Shown: positions 38,844-48,796 of the stretch, one piece after another
Layout: each line of letters opens with the position of its first letter
Numbering within the stretch: position 1 is the stretch's first letter
Source of the DNA: a virus
Direction: 5' to 3' (one strand)
Length of the DNA: 64,000 nt
Virus record (IMG/VR): IMGVR_UViG_3300034280_000809
Coordinates: 5,343 to 69,342 of that record
Notes under the pieces: model-generated
What the model was told of the DNA's origin: nothing
What the model saw: the letters and a program-made list of their open reading frames with translations, nothing else
The model's database searches: none
Made by a program: the position numbers and the translations under genes

Positions 38844-40777
38844 GTTAATCCTTTAAGAAGAAATCCATTTCCGTCAAAGGTAGGTAGGTAAGAAGAGTAC
38901 ACTTTTTCTTTACCTGCTGGGGTAATTGTTTTTATCTTTACTGTGTGAACACCGGGGAATTGGTAATCCCAGCTTGGTATTAAATGTTTGAATTGTTTTG
39001 TTTTATTTGGGTGTGTAAATCCTGTTTGAGATAAAAAGTTTGTAAAATTTTCTTCGTCCATAGCAAGAAAGTTCTTTTTTAGAACCGTCATAATTCCTAT
39101 TCTTAAAAACATTCTTTGTATGGCTTTGTAATTTTTAATAGTAAATTTAGGGTATGCTATTTTTATCTCTTTACTGTTTTCTGTTTCAGAAGCAAAATCC
39201 ATTATCCCTTGTAAGAACCCTTTGTAAAAATCGTTAGAAGTAAATTCAATTTCGTCAGAGATGTAAAAAGGGTTAAGGGATAATCCAAATTTTTTAGCTA
39301 CAGAATAAAAAGAACCATCAGTTATTAAGCTAACAATGCGTGAGTTTTCATGGGTGCTTCTGTAAGGCAGACTGTAAGTTGCAATCTTTCTAGCCAAAGG
39401 TAAAAAAAATTCGGGATCATAATCTTTAAAATGTAGCGTTCCTGTTCCGGTAAGGTCTGATCCGTTTATTGGATTAAGGCTTCCTTGAAACATTAAAGCA
39501 GTCAATATCCAACCGTGGGAAAAAGTAGAAGGGCCAGACCATGAATGTGGCAGATGAGTAGACAGTTGGATTTTGTCACCAACTTTTAAATCAGATAATT
39601 TAATCCAATGACTAATAGAAAATAAAGGCATACGAGGATCAAACGCAGTTCTAAATTCTTGATCACTTGTAGCTTTTAAATCAAAACCTTCTTCAGTGGT
39701 AATTTCAAAAAGTTGTTTTTCGCCTAAAGATACAAAGCCTTGTTTTTTAGTAGGATAGCGATCAAGTGCTTGAGAGATGCCTTTGAATTTTTTTTGAAAA
39801 AGATTTTTTACATACTGCGGGCCTTCAGTAGTGTGGATTAAAGTTTCTTTACTAACGCAAAAGCTTATACAATTTTTGTTTAAAATTTTTGCAGGGGTAT
39901 TGCAAGGCATTTGAAAGCCGGGATACACAATAAATTTAGGAAAGTCTTCAATAAGAGGACAAAAGGTTTCAACTATTTTTGTTTCAATTTCTGTTTTGTG
40001 TACAATAAAACTTTTGTCAAATATTACATCAAACAATACTTGGTAACGCTCGTGGTTAAACACAGGGTTGATAAGCCAACCTGCAAATAAAGCATGACCT
40101 AAAATGTAATCACTAAGTTTGTGATCTAGGGAATCGTAAAAATATAATCTAAACCGACTAGAGGGGTAACAAACTTTAGAAGGTAAAGAAAAGAATCCAT
40201 GAATAAAACCTGAGTGATAACCTTCGTGATTAAATTCATTTGGAAAATGTTTTGCATCAAAGCTTGTTCTAAAAAAAACTTCAGTTGAAGAGTGACTATC
40301 AATAACGCATTCTCTTCCTTGTCTAGCATTAAGAAAAGGAAGAAGTGTAAGAATATGTTTTTGCTTTACCTTATAACCAAAACTAAACTTTCGAATGTTT
40401 GCATGTTCGTTATGAGGTTCGTATTGAATCCCATAGCGAAAAGTCATTCCGTGAACAAAACCGTGATCAAAATCTTCTTTGTATAAATTGCAAGAAGTTT
40501 GTATTTCATCTGATTCATTAAAGTCGTGAGAAACAGGAGCAGCACGAATGACGGGTCTAAATGGATTGTATTGTGAATGACAACCAGCTCTTCTTAAAAC
40601 AAGAGTCTTGCATCGTTGTGGCCCTTTAGCTATTACTTTGCCCGGCTTTAAACCCCAAGGTGTTAAGAATTCAAGTTTGTTTTTTCCAGTCAATAGCTCT
40701 AAAGCTATAGCACCGCGAGATGTTATAGCTTTAGTTTCCCCTGCGTAACAGATTCCATTCAAGGGTAGTAGATCCAT
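38840..40777 (-). CDS. Free-standing tandem double intein (2x Hint + degenerate LAGLIDADG)
   Basis: Two block-A starts (CYAGET.AIT.RG; CVSKETLIHTTEG), block B (KATSDQEF), LAGLIDADG-like helices, block F/G ends. Confidence 0.7.
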   Translation of the reverse strand: MDLLPLNGICYAGETKAITSRGAIALELLTGKNKLEFLTPWGLKPGKVIAKGPQRCKTLVLRRAGCHSQYNPFRPVIRAAPVSHDFNESDEIQTSCNLYKEDFDHGFVHGMTFRYGIQYEPHNEHANIRKFSFGYKVKQKHILTLLPFLNARQGRECVIDSHSSTEVFFRTSFDAKHFPNEFNHEGYHSGFIHGFFSLPSKVCYPSSRFRLYFYDSLDHKLSDYILGHALFAGWLINPVFNHERYQVLFDVIFDKSFIVHKTEIETKIVETFCPLIEDFPKFIVYPGFQMPCNTPAKILNKNCISFCVSKETLIHTTEGPQYVKNLFQKKFKGISQALDRYPTKKQGFVSLGEKQLFEITTEEGFDLKATSDQEFRTAFDPRMPLFSISHWIKLSDLKVGDKIQLSTHLPHSWSGPSTFSHGWILTALMFQGSLNPINGSDLTGTGTLHFKDYDPEFFLPLARKIATYSLPYRSTHENSRIVSLITDGSFYSVAKKFGLSLNPFYISDEIEFTSNDFYKGFLQGIMDFASETENSKEIKIAYPKFTIKNYKAIQRMFLRIGIMTVLKKNFLAMDEENFTNFLSQTGFTHPNKTKQFKHLIPSWDYQFPGVHTVKIKTITPAGKEKVYSSYLPTFDGNGFLLKGLT

Positions 40778-40824
40778 CTATGTAGATGGTAAGAATAAGG
40801 TAGGAATAAGTCAATAACAAATTG

Positions 40825-42975
40825 TTATTTTTCCCAGCAAGTAGAAAGCTTTAAAGAGCATTCAACAGGCATAGTGTTATTCATAACAACAGACATTTCT
40901 TCTTCCATAATTTTCTTTATTGCATAAGCTTCTTCTTGAGAATTAACTTCTGCAACTACTTCGTCATGGACAAAAGCACAAACTTTATAACCGTTTTTAA
41001 TTAGTTTGTATAAAGCTAGTTTAGCTCCGTCAGAAGCAAGGCCTTGGAATGGTGTATTTTTAGATTGAGTGTAGGCACAACCTGAACGAATTCTTCCTGT
41101 TGCTGTTATTGCGTTTTTACAAAACAGTAAATCGTATAGCTCAGGGTTAAGTTTATCTTCTTTAATTAATTGTTTTATTTTTGCAGGAGGATTTAACGAA
41201 CAAAACAAAAGCTGTTCTAATACAGCATGAACTTTATTGCGATTGCCTGCACTGGCTGTGCCTGGGTTTTTAAGAACAGAAGCAATAGTGCTAGCTGCAA
41301 GTTTAGGGGTAATAGAAATTTGAGCTATTACTTTAGCACAAGTTTCAAAAGGTACAGCTAAGTTTTGACTTAAGTCTGTAAGCAAATCTTCTTGAAGGTA
41401 TCTACCTATTTCGGGGAAAACATTCTTTAAGAAATTGTTTCTAAACTTAACCGCTTGATCTTTAGTAAAAACTACTCCGTATTTTGTTTCAGCGTAAACA
41501 ATAAAAGTATCAATACCTAAACCACCGGGGAATCCAAAGTTTGCAGCTTTTGCTTCTTGCCTAAGTTTTTTGTATTTCTTGTCTGAGCTGTTGTTTATAA
41601 AGTCTTCGTAAGGAATGCTGTTAATGCTTGCTGCCGTGTAAGAATGTAAATCAACTCCGGCTCTAATTTTTTCTCCCATAACTGAATGACCATACATAGT
41701 CTCACATATGTAAGCTAAGGTTCTTAATTCAATTGCACTGTAATCTATAGTAACTAGGTATTTTGAAGTGGGTTTGAATATTGTTTTGAATTCATATTTG
41801 TTAGGAATGTTTTGTAAATTAACATCCGAAGAAGAAGTTCTTCCAGTTCTAGTAAGAATTCCGTAACGAGAACGAATGCGATTGTCTTTAATGTCTTCGT
41901 TTTTAAACATATCAAAGAATGCAATGATTCTTGATTTTTCTTTAAAGTGTACAAACTTGTCTATTAATAAATCTTGTTCCCTAAACTCTTGCCATGCAGC
42001 ACCTTTGACTGTGATTAGTTCGGGATTTTTGCCGTCAGACTTTGGGGTTACAATGTCTAACTCTTCGCAAATTTTATCTAGCTCTTTACGCAGCATATTA
42101 GTATTCATTGCAGGCAACTGCGATTTTGATGCAACAATAAAGTTTTGTTCTCCTTTTTTTTGTCTTTTAAAAAGACCTGGATAATTTTCATCCATCCAAG
42201 AAATGTCGGAGAGTAAACTTTTTCTTAGATTTTCTTCAATGTTTTGAGCTGTAGTTTTGTCAAAAGGAATTCCATTAAGAGAAATTTGATAAAGAGCTAT
42301 AGCAGCCTTAACTTGTAAGAAGTGCGAAAGAGGCCCATAGGTGTTTACTATTTCTTCTGTTACACCAAACTCTTTGCTAAGAGTTAAAGCTTTTTGATTC
42401 ATTAATTTATAAAGAGCTACGGTGGTTGACGCGTCTGTTGCTGCGTATTCTAAAAATCCACGGGGAGCTAAATTAAGATCATTTATACCAAGAAGTTCTC
42501 CAAACCGAATTCTATACGGTGAGGACTTATCTGGAAGTTCTGTAATAGAAAGCTCTTTACCAAAAGTTGCTGTAACTTTGTCTAAGCTTCTAGGAAACAC
42601 AGCAGAGTCTGTTGTGTCTAGTTCTCCTTTTTTTACTGAAAGTCTTAAAAGCATATCTAAGATCATTGTATCGCCAACAAGATTGGCATCTACAAAATGA
42701 AAAATCTTAGGATAATACGGAGCAATAACCAAAACATCAAACGCTGCATTATGAAAAGCTAAAGTGCAGGTGTAATGATCATCTAAGAATTGAACCATTT
42801 GACTTCTAGAAAAAACAATAGTTCGGTTTCCGTCAGATGCAGAACACAAAACTAACTCAGGAACTTTGCCATTGTTTTCTATTAGAACTGTTTCGGTATC
42901 AAAAGAAATTATTCCTTTTTCTAAAGGTGTTCCATTGTAATTAATTTCAATTGCTTGGGAAAATAGATTGCTCAT
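40825..42975 (-). CDS. polA: Family A DNA polymerase with 3'-5' exonuclease
   Basis: Exo DTET/HNAAFD/YAATD; motif A DYSAIELR; motif B RQEAKAANFG; motif C VHDE. Confidence 0.95.
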   Translation of the reverse strand: MSNLFSQAIEINYNGTPLEKGIISFDTETVLIENNGKVPELVLCSASDGNRTIVFSRSQMVQFLDDHYTCTLAFHNAAFDVLVIAPYYPKIFHFVDANLVGDTMILDMLLRLSVKKGELDTTDSAVFPRSLDKVTATFGKELSITELPDKSSPYRIRFGELLGINDLNLAPRGFLEYAATDASTTVALYKLMNQKALTLSKEFGVTEEIVNTYGPLSHFLQVKAAIALYQISLNGIPFDKTTAQNIEENLRKSLLSDISWMDENYPGLFKRQKKGEQNFIVASKSQLPAMNTNMLRKELDKICEELDIVTPKSDGKNPELITVKGAAWQEFREQDLLIDKFVHFKEKSRIIAFFDMFKNEDIKDNRIRSRYGILTRTGRTSSSDVNLQNIPNKYEFKTIFKPTSKYLVTIDYSAIELRTLAYICETMYGHSVMGEKIRAGVDLHSYTAASINSIPYEDFINNSSDKKYKKLRQEAKAANFGFPGGLGIDTFIVYAETKYGVVFTKDQAVKFRNNFLKNVFPEIGRYLQEDLLTDLSQNLAVPFETCAKVIAQISITPKLAASTIASVLKNPGTASAGNRNKVHAVLEQLLFCSLNPPAKIKQLIKEDKLNPELYDLLFCKNAITATGRIRSGCAYTQSKNTPFQGLASDGAKLALYKLIKNGYKVCAFVHDEVVAEVNSQEEAYAIKKIMEEEMSVVMNNTMPVECSLKLSTCWEK

Positions 42976-42976
42976 T

Positions 42977-45577
42977 TTATGCTCTCACCCTGCTTTGTGG
43001 TAATTGAAACACATGAGGTTCTTTTGAGTTTTTAGAACGGTGGTAAATTAGTTTTCCATAGCCTCGCAATTCTGCAAGCTTGCAAAGTTTGAGTGCGTCC
43101 TCTTTATCTTTTACCCCAAACAATCTTTTTCGATAAAGGTCGTGGAACGGGAACTTACCTTCGTAATCTGTAATAGCACTTTTTATAAACTGTTCAATTT
43201 TTTCTTCAATATGTCCGTGATTAACTACTTGATAAACTTTTAGCAAATGTGCTCGAAAATATTGTATAGCTTTAATTCCGTTGAGAACGGTTTGAAGTTT
43301 AATTGGACTGTCTAAGTCGGCTGTAGGTTCAAAGCTTAAGTGCATGTTGTGAAGTATTAAAATCAGCTTTGCCAAAGTAGCTTCATGTTTTGACCAAGAT
43401 GATTCTAATTTATATGGAATTCTTTTTTGTTCCATTTCTTCGATGTCTGCGTTTATAAAATTACAAAAAGCATCAAGAGCATCTTTTTCAATCGGTACTG
43501 ATACAGGAATGTATTCATCAGTATCTACACCAGCTCCTAACACCGGACGAAGCATAAGGATTTTTTGCAGGCTTTGATACAAAGGTTCAAAATTAAATGG
43601 AGCAGGGGTTTGATTAACTCTTTTTGTTCTTACAAAAGTAGGATAGACAAAAAGCATTCTACTAAAAAATCCGTCATCAAGGTTATCATTGCCTAGTTCC
43701 TCTTTGATGTCTGAAGATAAATGATGAAGCTTTGCTTTTTGAGTTCCGCCTAACACCGTAAGAGAAGGGTAGGGGATAGAGAAATCTTCTTCTGTCGATT
43801 TTCTACCGTAGTCGATTGGTGAGTTAGAGTAAGTAGACATATAAAACTGTCGGTCAGATCCAACACCACCAGTGTACTTATTCATTTTGTCTAACCACGC
43901 AACAAGCTCATCAATAAAAATAAGCATCGAAGCGTTGCCGCGAGATTCGTAATTTTCAAAAAGGTATTTGGTAAGAGTTTCTGTAGTCACATCCGTAGTA
44001 AAAATTCGTAATTTGTTTTTTGGTTTGTTTGGTTTTTTAGGTACAGCTTTTTTTGTTTTTGATTCAGTTAGTTCGGCTTTGTATAGTGTCATTGCATCTT
44101 CGTATTTAACAACATCTTCTCTGTATCGTTTTCTTTCTCGTTGTTGAAAATTAAACAAAGGTTTTAAAGCTACCTGTGTTCCGGGAGTTTTTCCCGTAGT
44201 AGGATCGCCAACAACACACATGTAAAGATTTGCTAAAAGAAGCCAACCAGGACGAAAGCTAACAGCTCTTGAGCTACCAAGGCTTCTTGCGTAAGAACAA
44301 AACAAGCTGGCAATGATAAAGTCTTGTGGGCATCCTATTAGTTGTGATTGGGTTTTTACAAAGTCTTGTAGGTAACTTGGAAAAATCTCTAAAGGAAAAG
44401 AAACTACATCAGGTATTTTTGGAAAGTTCATTTCTTCGATAGAAGGACAAACATAAATAGGTTGAGAGAAGTAGTTCCAGTCTGGAACAATTTCTTGACT
44501 TTCCATTAATGCGTCATCAATACCTTTGCAAGAAGTGTCTTTCCAAGTTTCAATGCCAACTTGAAAACCTCGGCCCATAAGCTCGTTTCCGAATTCCCAA
44601 AGGGTGTGTTTAATTTGAGGTTTTTCCAACACATCTTTAAAGTCAAAAGCAATTAAGATTTGTTTAGGTTTGATTTCATCAAGACAATCTAATACGGCTC
44701 GCCATTGATTTACACCGGAAATAGATATAGTAGGTACTTTAGTTTTTTCTTGAGCTAGGTCAGCTTTGAGTTCGCCTTCTGTTATACGGATCAGATTAGC
44801 TGCTTTAAACCCTAAAGGAAAATGAAGCGTTGTAAATGCTCTGGCAGATGGTGATGACCATAAAAGATACTTAGGGTCGCCATGAGGTCTGCGGGTTTTT
44901 AATCCAACTATTCTGCCTTGAATATCTCTAAGAGGTATTATTAATCCTTTAAGATCACTGCCAACAAAAGTAATGCCTGCTTTGTTTTTTATAAACCCTG
45001 GCACTTCCGCAAGTTTATCTCCGTAGAGTTCTACTAATTTGTTTTGCAAACTTGAAAGTTTTTGTGTGCTTTGAATTGTTCCAAAATTTAAAGTCTTGCA
45101 TGACTCTTTATTAAATCCGCGTTCATAAAGGCTTTGAATTTTTGATTGATCAATGGGTGCTAGTTCTAAAAGCTTTTCGTACACCAAAGTAATCATTGGG
45201 TTGTAAGGAATTTTTTCTGAAGATGTGCTTTGTTGCGGATAGGGATCTTCAAATGATGGTCGAAATAAGTCGGAGAGTTCTAGCCCCGCACCGTAAACAA
45301 TCTCGTCTGTAGTGCAGCCACTAAAACAAAAGACTAATATTTTTCCATTAGGGCCTATTGATATAGACAGGCTGGGGTTGTTATCCCCTTTGCCTCCGTT
45401 GTGTGATGCACTTGTGCAGCAAGCCTTCCATCCGTTTCCAGAGCGTGTGCATTTAGGAAAAGATTGTAAGACTTTGTAAAGATAGGGAAAATCTGCGGGA
45501 TCTAAATCGTCAGAAAAATAGCTTTCATCCATGATAAGCTGCACCTTTGCTTGGGTATTTTTTATTTTTAGAGACAA
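42977..45577 (-). CDS. Primase-helicase (Zn-binding + TOPRIM + DUF3987-like P-loop)
   Basis: C...H...PSLSI...CFSGC; ITEGELKAD; IAFD; KGIDD; GDPTTGKT; IFIDE. Confidence 0.85.
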   Translation of the reverse strand: MSLKIKNTQAKVQLIMDESYFSDDLDPADFPYLYKVLQSFPKCTRSGNGWKACCTSASHNGGKGDNNPSLSISIGPNGKILVFCFSGCTTDEIVYGAGLELSDLFRPSFEDPYPQQSTSSEKIPYNPMITLVYEKLLELAPIDQSKIQSLYERGFNKESCKTLNFGTIQSTQKLSSLQNKLVELYGDKLAEVPGFIKNKAGITFVGSDLKGLIIPLRDIQGRIVGLKTRRPHGDPKYLLWSSPSARAFTTLHFPLGFKAANLIRITEGELKADLAQEKTKVPTISISGVNQWRAVLDCLDEIKPKQILIAFDFKDVLEKPQIKHTLWEFGNELMGRGFQVGIETWKDTSCKGIDDALMESQEIVPDWNYFSQPIYVCPSIEEMNFPKIPDVVSFPLEIFPSYLQDFVKTQSQLIGCPQDFIIASLFCSYARSLGSSRAVSFRPGWLLLANLYMCVVGDPTTGKTPGTQVALKPLFNFQQRERKRYREDVVKYEDAMTLYKAELTESKTKKAVPKKPNKPKNKLRIFTTDVTTETLTKYLFENYESRGNASMLIFIDELVAWLDKMNKYTGGVGSDRQFYMSTYSNSPIDYGRKSTEEDFSIPYPSLTVLGGTQKAKLHHLSSDIKEELGNDNLDDGFFSRMLFVYPTFVRTKRVNQTPAPFNFEPLYQSLQKILMLRPVLGAGVDTDEYIPVSVPIEKDALDAFCNFINADIEEMEQKRIPYKLESSWSKHEATLAKLILILHNMHLSFEPTADLDSPIKLQTVLNGIKAIQYFRAHLLKVYQVVNHGHIEEKIEQFIKSAITDYEGKFPFHDLYRKRLFGVKDKEDALKLCKLAELRGYGKLIYHRSKNSKEPHVFQLPQSRVRA

Positions 45578-45610
45578 AAAAACAGCGGGAGTTTTTCTGT
45601 TCCCGCTGCT
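45576..45610 (-). terminator. Terminator-like hairpin at the primase start
   Basis: Minus strand CAGCGGGA...TCCCGCTG followed by T7. Confidence 0.55.
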
Positions 45611-45629
45611 TAATGTTTAGACAATTATA

Positions 45630-46148
45630 CTAAAAAGGTAGAGCCTCTGCTTTTTTGTCTTTGTTTGAAAACGCTTCGATCAAAGCTTCTGAGTGATCTT
45701 CTTTAAAGCGTTTAAGAACATCGGCTGAAATCTTTTTAGGAACTGGTGCAGGTGTGCAAAGATTCCACCAATCGTTTTCGCCACCAGTTGTTGGATCAGT
45801 AGAATATCTTGGTCGAACCAAAACAGACTTACCAATAAGCTTTAATCCTTTTGCGTTGTCAGGATCAAGCAAACCAATGTCCATAGAGTTCAAACCAATA
45901 ATTGCAAGGTCACGGAAGCAGCGAGCCATGCGTGAAGGTTCTGGATTAAAAGTAAAGAATATAACTTTATTAGCTTTAAGCTCGTCAGCTAATTCTTCTA
46001 CACCTTCTTCCACAGTTTTGCTTTTCAAAATCCCAGCAAGCTCAATTTCCAAACGGAATTGAGGATCACCACTTTTAGAAGTGGTAAGCAATTGCCCAAC
46101 AACAGTTGCTTGGTAGAATTTGTTTTCTTTGTACAATCTTTCGCTCAT
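45630..46148 (-). CDS. Putative ssDNA-binding protein (DUF669-like)
   Basis: SKSG.PQ motif, C-terminal LPF, position between RecT-like and primase. Confidence 0.5.
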   Translation of the reverse strand: MSERLYKENKFYQATVVGQLLTTSKSGDPQFRLEIELAGILKSKTVEEGVEELADELKANKVIFFTFNPEPSRMARCFRDLAIIGLNSMDIGLLDPDNAKGLKLIGKSVLVRPRYSTDPTTGGENDWWNLCTPAPVPKKISADVLKRFKEDHSEALIEAFSNKDKKAEALPF

Positions 46149-46248
46149 TGTTTTTCCTTTGTTTTAGAGCAACTTTGCTGGGTGTTGCGTATAGTTATTC
46201 GGGGAAAGCCCCAGCAAAACTTGAAAGGTACGACACGATTCGCCCCCT

Positions 46249-46743
46249 TCACTTTCCCCGAATGTTTCGAGATGGACTTTTCTTTTTAAGATCGTCCAAT
46301 GTATTTGGTAGTGTTTTGTTTTTAATTGATTCTTGTGTCCAAACAAAAGCCATAAGATTCCACAAAGCAGCTACACTATGTTTTTCGTCTGTTCTTCCTT
46401 CTAAGTGCTGAAAGAGATGTCGCAGGCAAGAGTCTAGATAGCGGGAAAGAGGTTGTCCTTTTTCCCAGTTTCTTTCTCCGTATCTAACCGCACCTTCCTC
46501 AAACCGTTCTGCTAACAACTGCAATACTGACCACGGAAGAAGATCGTATCTTCCTTTTGCCTTGCGACTATCTCTTACTGCTCCGGTAGAAAACTTTTCT
46601 TGTTTTCTTTTGTTTTGTTTCAATGGTGCTACACCAGATCCAAATTGATTTTGCCAAACTTTTACTATTGAGTCTCTTTTTTGGTGTTTAGGAATTTCAT
46701 TATTTGCACCAACATTTCCGGGTCTTTGCATACCGAACTCCAT
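46249..46743 (-). CDS. dATP/dGTP diphosphohydrolase-like (DUF5664); true start probably near 46622
   Basis: TGAVRD...KGRYDLLP, GA.RYG.RNWEKG, RHL. Confidence 0.8.
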   Translation of the reverse strand: MEFGMQRPGNVGANNEIPKHQKRDSIVKVWQNQFGSGVAPLKQNKRKQEKFSTGAVRDSRKAKGRYDLLPWSVLQLLAERFEEGAVRYGERNWEKGQPLSRYLDSCLRHLFQHLEGRTDEKHSVAALWNLMAFVWTQESIKNKTLPNTLDDLKKKSPSRNIRGK

Positions 46744-47381
46744 TCCGTGAAGGTAGTGTCAAAAGTTATATTGATGTCCTCAAGAGTTGTTCCGGTTTCC
46801 ATTGACAGCCTAAGCAATGTTGTTACGTCATTAGAAGGTTTTTTACTTTCGATAATGTCTATAACAGGAGTACCTTCAAAATCTTCTGGAACGTAAAGCC
46901 CTGTAGTAACATCGGGGCAACCAAATTTAGCAGCATTACTAATAGCTCTTGCAAACAACATATTGCGGGGATATGCCTGATAAGTTGCATTGCGAGTTAA
47001 GCCAGCTTTTTTTGCATTCTCGTAAGTAAATTCAACTGGAGGGCCAGAGGGTTTACCGTGTCGAAGGATTTGTAATCGACACACTTGATCTGTGTGCTCT
47101 AGTATTTCGTAATCATAATCTTTTGATTTTCGAATAAGGGCTGCAATAAGGTTTGCATTAGGGCTAGGTCTACCTTGAATCATATTTATCTGGTCAATGG
47201 CTGTAAATGGCCCAATGCCTAACTCTCGGCCCTTAAGAATTTTTACGACTGCTTGTGACACACTTCTTAAGTCTTTAAAATATCCAGACTGCACAAAGTG
47301 ATTTGCAATATTTTCAATTTCTCCGAAAAAGTTTTCTTCACCTTCTCCGTTTGTTGTAATAATGTTACTCATGGCTTTCAT
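46665..47381 (-). CDS. RecT-like ssDNA annealing protein
   Basis: KILKGRELGIGP, I.GRP, YPRNMLFARA. Confidence 0.75.
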   Translation of the reverse strand: MKAMSNIITTNGEGEENFFGEIENIANHFVQSGYFKDLRSVSQAVVKILKGRELGIGPFTAIDQINMIQGRPSPNANLIAALIRKSKDYDYEILEHTDQVCRLQILRHGKPSGPPVEFTYENAKKAGLTRNATYQAYPRNMLFARAISNAAKFGCPDVTTGLYVPEDFEGTPVIDIIESKKPSNDVTTLLRLSMETGTTLEDINITFDTTFTEWSSVCKDPEMLVQIMKFLNTKKETQ

Positions 47382-47858
47382 TCCCTTCCAAGATTAAGGC
47401 TAACGATAAAATGTAATTTGATAGAAGTTCCATGCGAGACGATTCGGGAAGAGAGGCGAAATACCACTCTTGTACTTTTTCCCAAAGTTCGTTTGGAATT
47501 TCTACAACCGTTGCCGTGTTGGAAGAACTTTTTTTGTCTAAATTTTCTAGTACGTTGGATTTGCTTAAGCTGGGCACTGTTCGCTCTCTCTCTCATTTCG
47601 TGTGTGAGGAATGGTTTATTGGGCGATGATATAAATATATACTGCGGTAATAATTTGTCAATAATAAATTATTGATAAAGTAGGAATTTGTAATTTTTTT
47701 TAATTTTTAACGATTTGCTTATTACTTTGTTAATAATTAGGTAACACACTTGTAATAATTCTTTAAACCTATTAAGAATAATAGGTCGGAATTTGTGTGT
47801 TTTTCTTTTAAGAATCTAACACACAAACTCAAAAAAGAAAATATGTTGAGAAAAAAAG

Positions 47859-48185
47859 ATGAGCGAAATAGAAAAACGATCAATAGTTTTAACTAAAGAC
47901 ATTGCAAAAAAGATGGATAAATATGCTTTAAACCAGCACATTTCATTCTCTTCTGCTATTCGATTTGCTTGCGAAAAGCTTTTGTCTAGTGTTAACCCAG
48001 GTGAGGCAGGTCTTGTTTTAGATTTTAGTACAGAAGAACTATCTTTACTAAATAAAGTTTCAGCGGGTTTACAGATTTCTAAAGAAGATATCCTTAAACA
48101 ATGTTTTGAATTGGCAATTCCACAATTAGTTGAAAAAATTGTTTTAAAAAAACAAGCTCTTTCAGATTTGAATAAAAAACTATGA
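47859..48185 (+). CDS. Tandem ribbon-helix-helix-like regulator
   Basis: KRSIVL...AKKMD.YA....SFSSAIR pattern. Confidence 0.5.
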   Translation: MSEIEKRSIVLTKDIAKKMDKYALNQHISFSSAIRFACEKLLSSVNPGEAGLVLDFSTEELSLLNKVSAGLQISKEDILKQCFELAIPQLVEKIVLKKQALSDLNKKL

Positions 48186-48796
48186 GAGAAATAACTCTCG
48201 AACAAGGTTCTACTGAATGGTTAAGCTGGCGAACTTACGGTATAGGTAGCTCTGATGCCCCCGTAATTGTTAAAGGAAAGCACTTTGATCGTAATCGGTA
48301 CGACCTTTGGAAAGAAAAACGCGGGGAAGCAGAGCAAAAAGAAAGATCAGTTTGGATTAATGAACGAATGAGGCGGGGTCAAGTATTAGAAGGTGATGTA
48401 AGACGATGGTATTCTGGGTGGATTAAAAAATCTGTAACACCGCTTTGTGCTTTTCATTCTACAAAAAATTATATCAAAGCAAGTCTTGATGGGTGGGAGC
48501 CGTACTCTCGAACTATTTTAGAGATCAAATGCCCAGGCAAAAAAGACCATGATTCTGCATTAAACAATTCAATTCCAGAAAAGTATCTGCCTCAGTTACA
48601 ACATCAAATCTTAGTAACCGGAGCAAAACAAGCCCACTATCTTAGTTATAATCCTACCTATCCTAAGGTGGATCGATATGCTTTGGTTTCTTATAAACCC
48701 GAAAAAGAAGACATTTTAAAATTAGAACTCTTTGAAGAAATATTTTGGGGCTGTGTAGTGTCTGGTGTCGAGCCTGCCGACCATATGTTTTATTGA
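48182..48796 (+). CDS. YqaJ-like (lambda Exo) recombination nuclease
   Basis: QGS.EWL.WR..GIGSSD, ASLDG, EIKCP, YLPQLQHQ. Confidence 0.9.
   Translation: MREITLEQGSTEWLSWRTYGIGSSDAPVIVKGKHFDRNRYDLWKEKRGEAEQKERSVWINERMRRGQVLEGDVRRWYSGWIKKSVTPLCAFHSTKNYIKASLDGWEPYSRTILEIKCPGKKDHDSALNNSIPEKYLPQLQHQILVTGAKQAHYLSYNPTYPKVDRYALVSYKPEKEDILKLELFEEIFWGCVVSGVEPADHMFY

Noticed and set aside
40825-46743. 2-aminoadenine (Z) genome system
   Set aside because: No PurZ or DatZ-like gene in the window; DUF5664 alone is widespread
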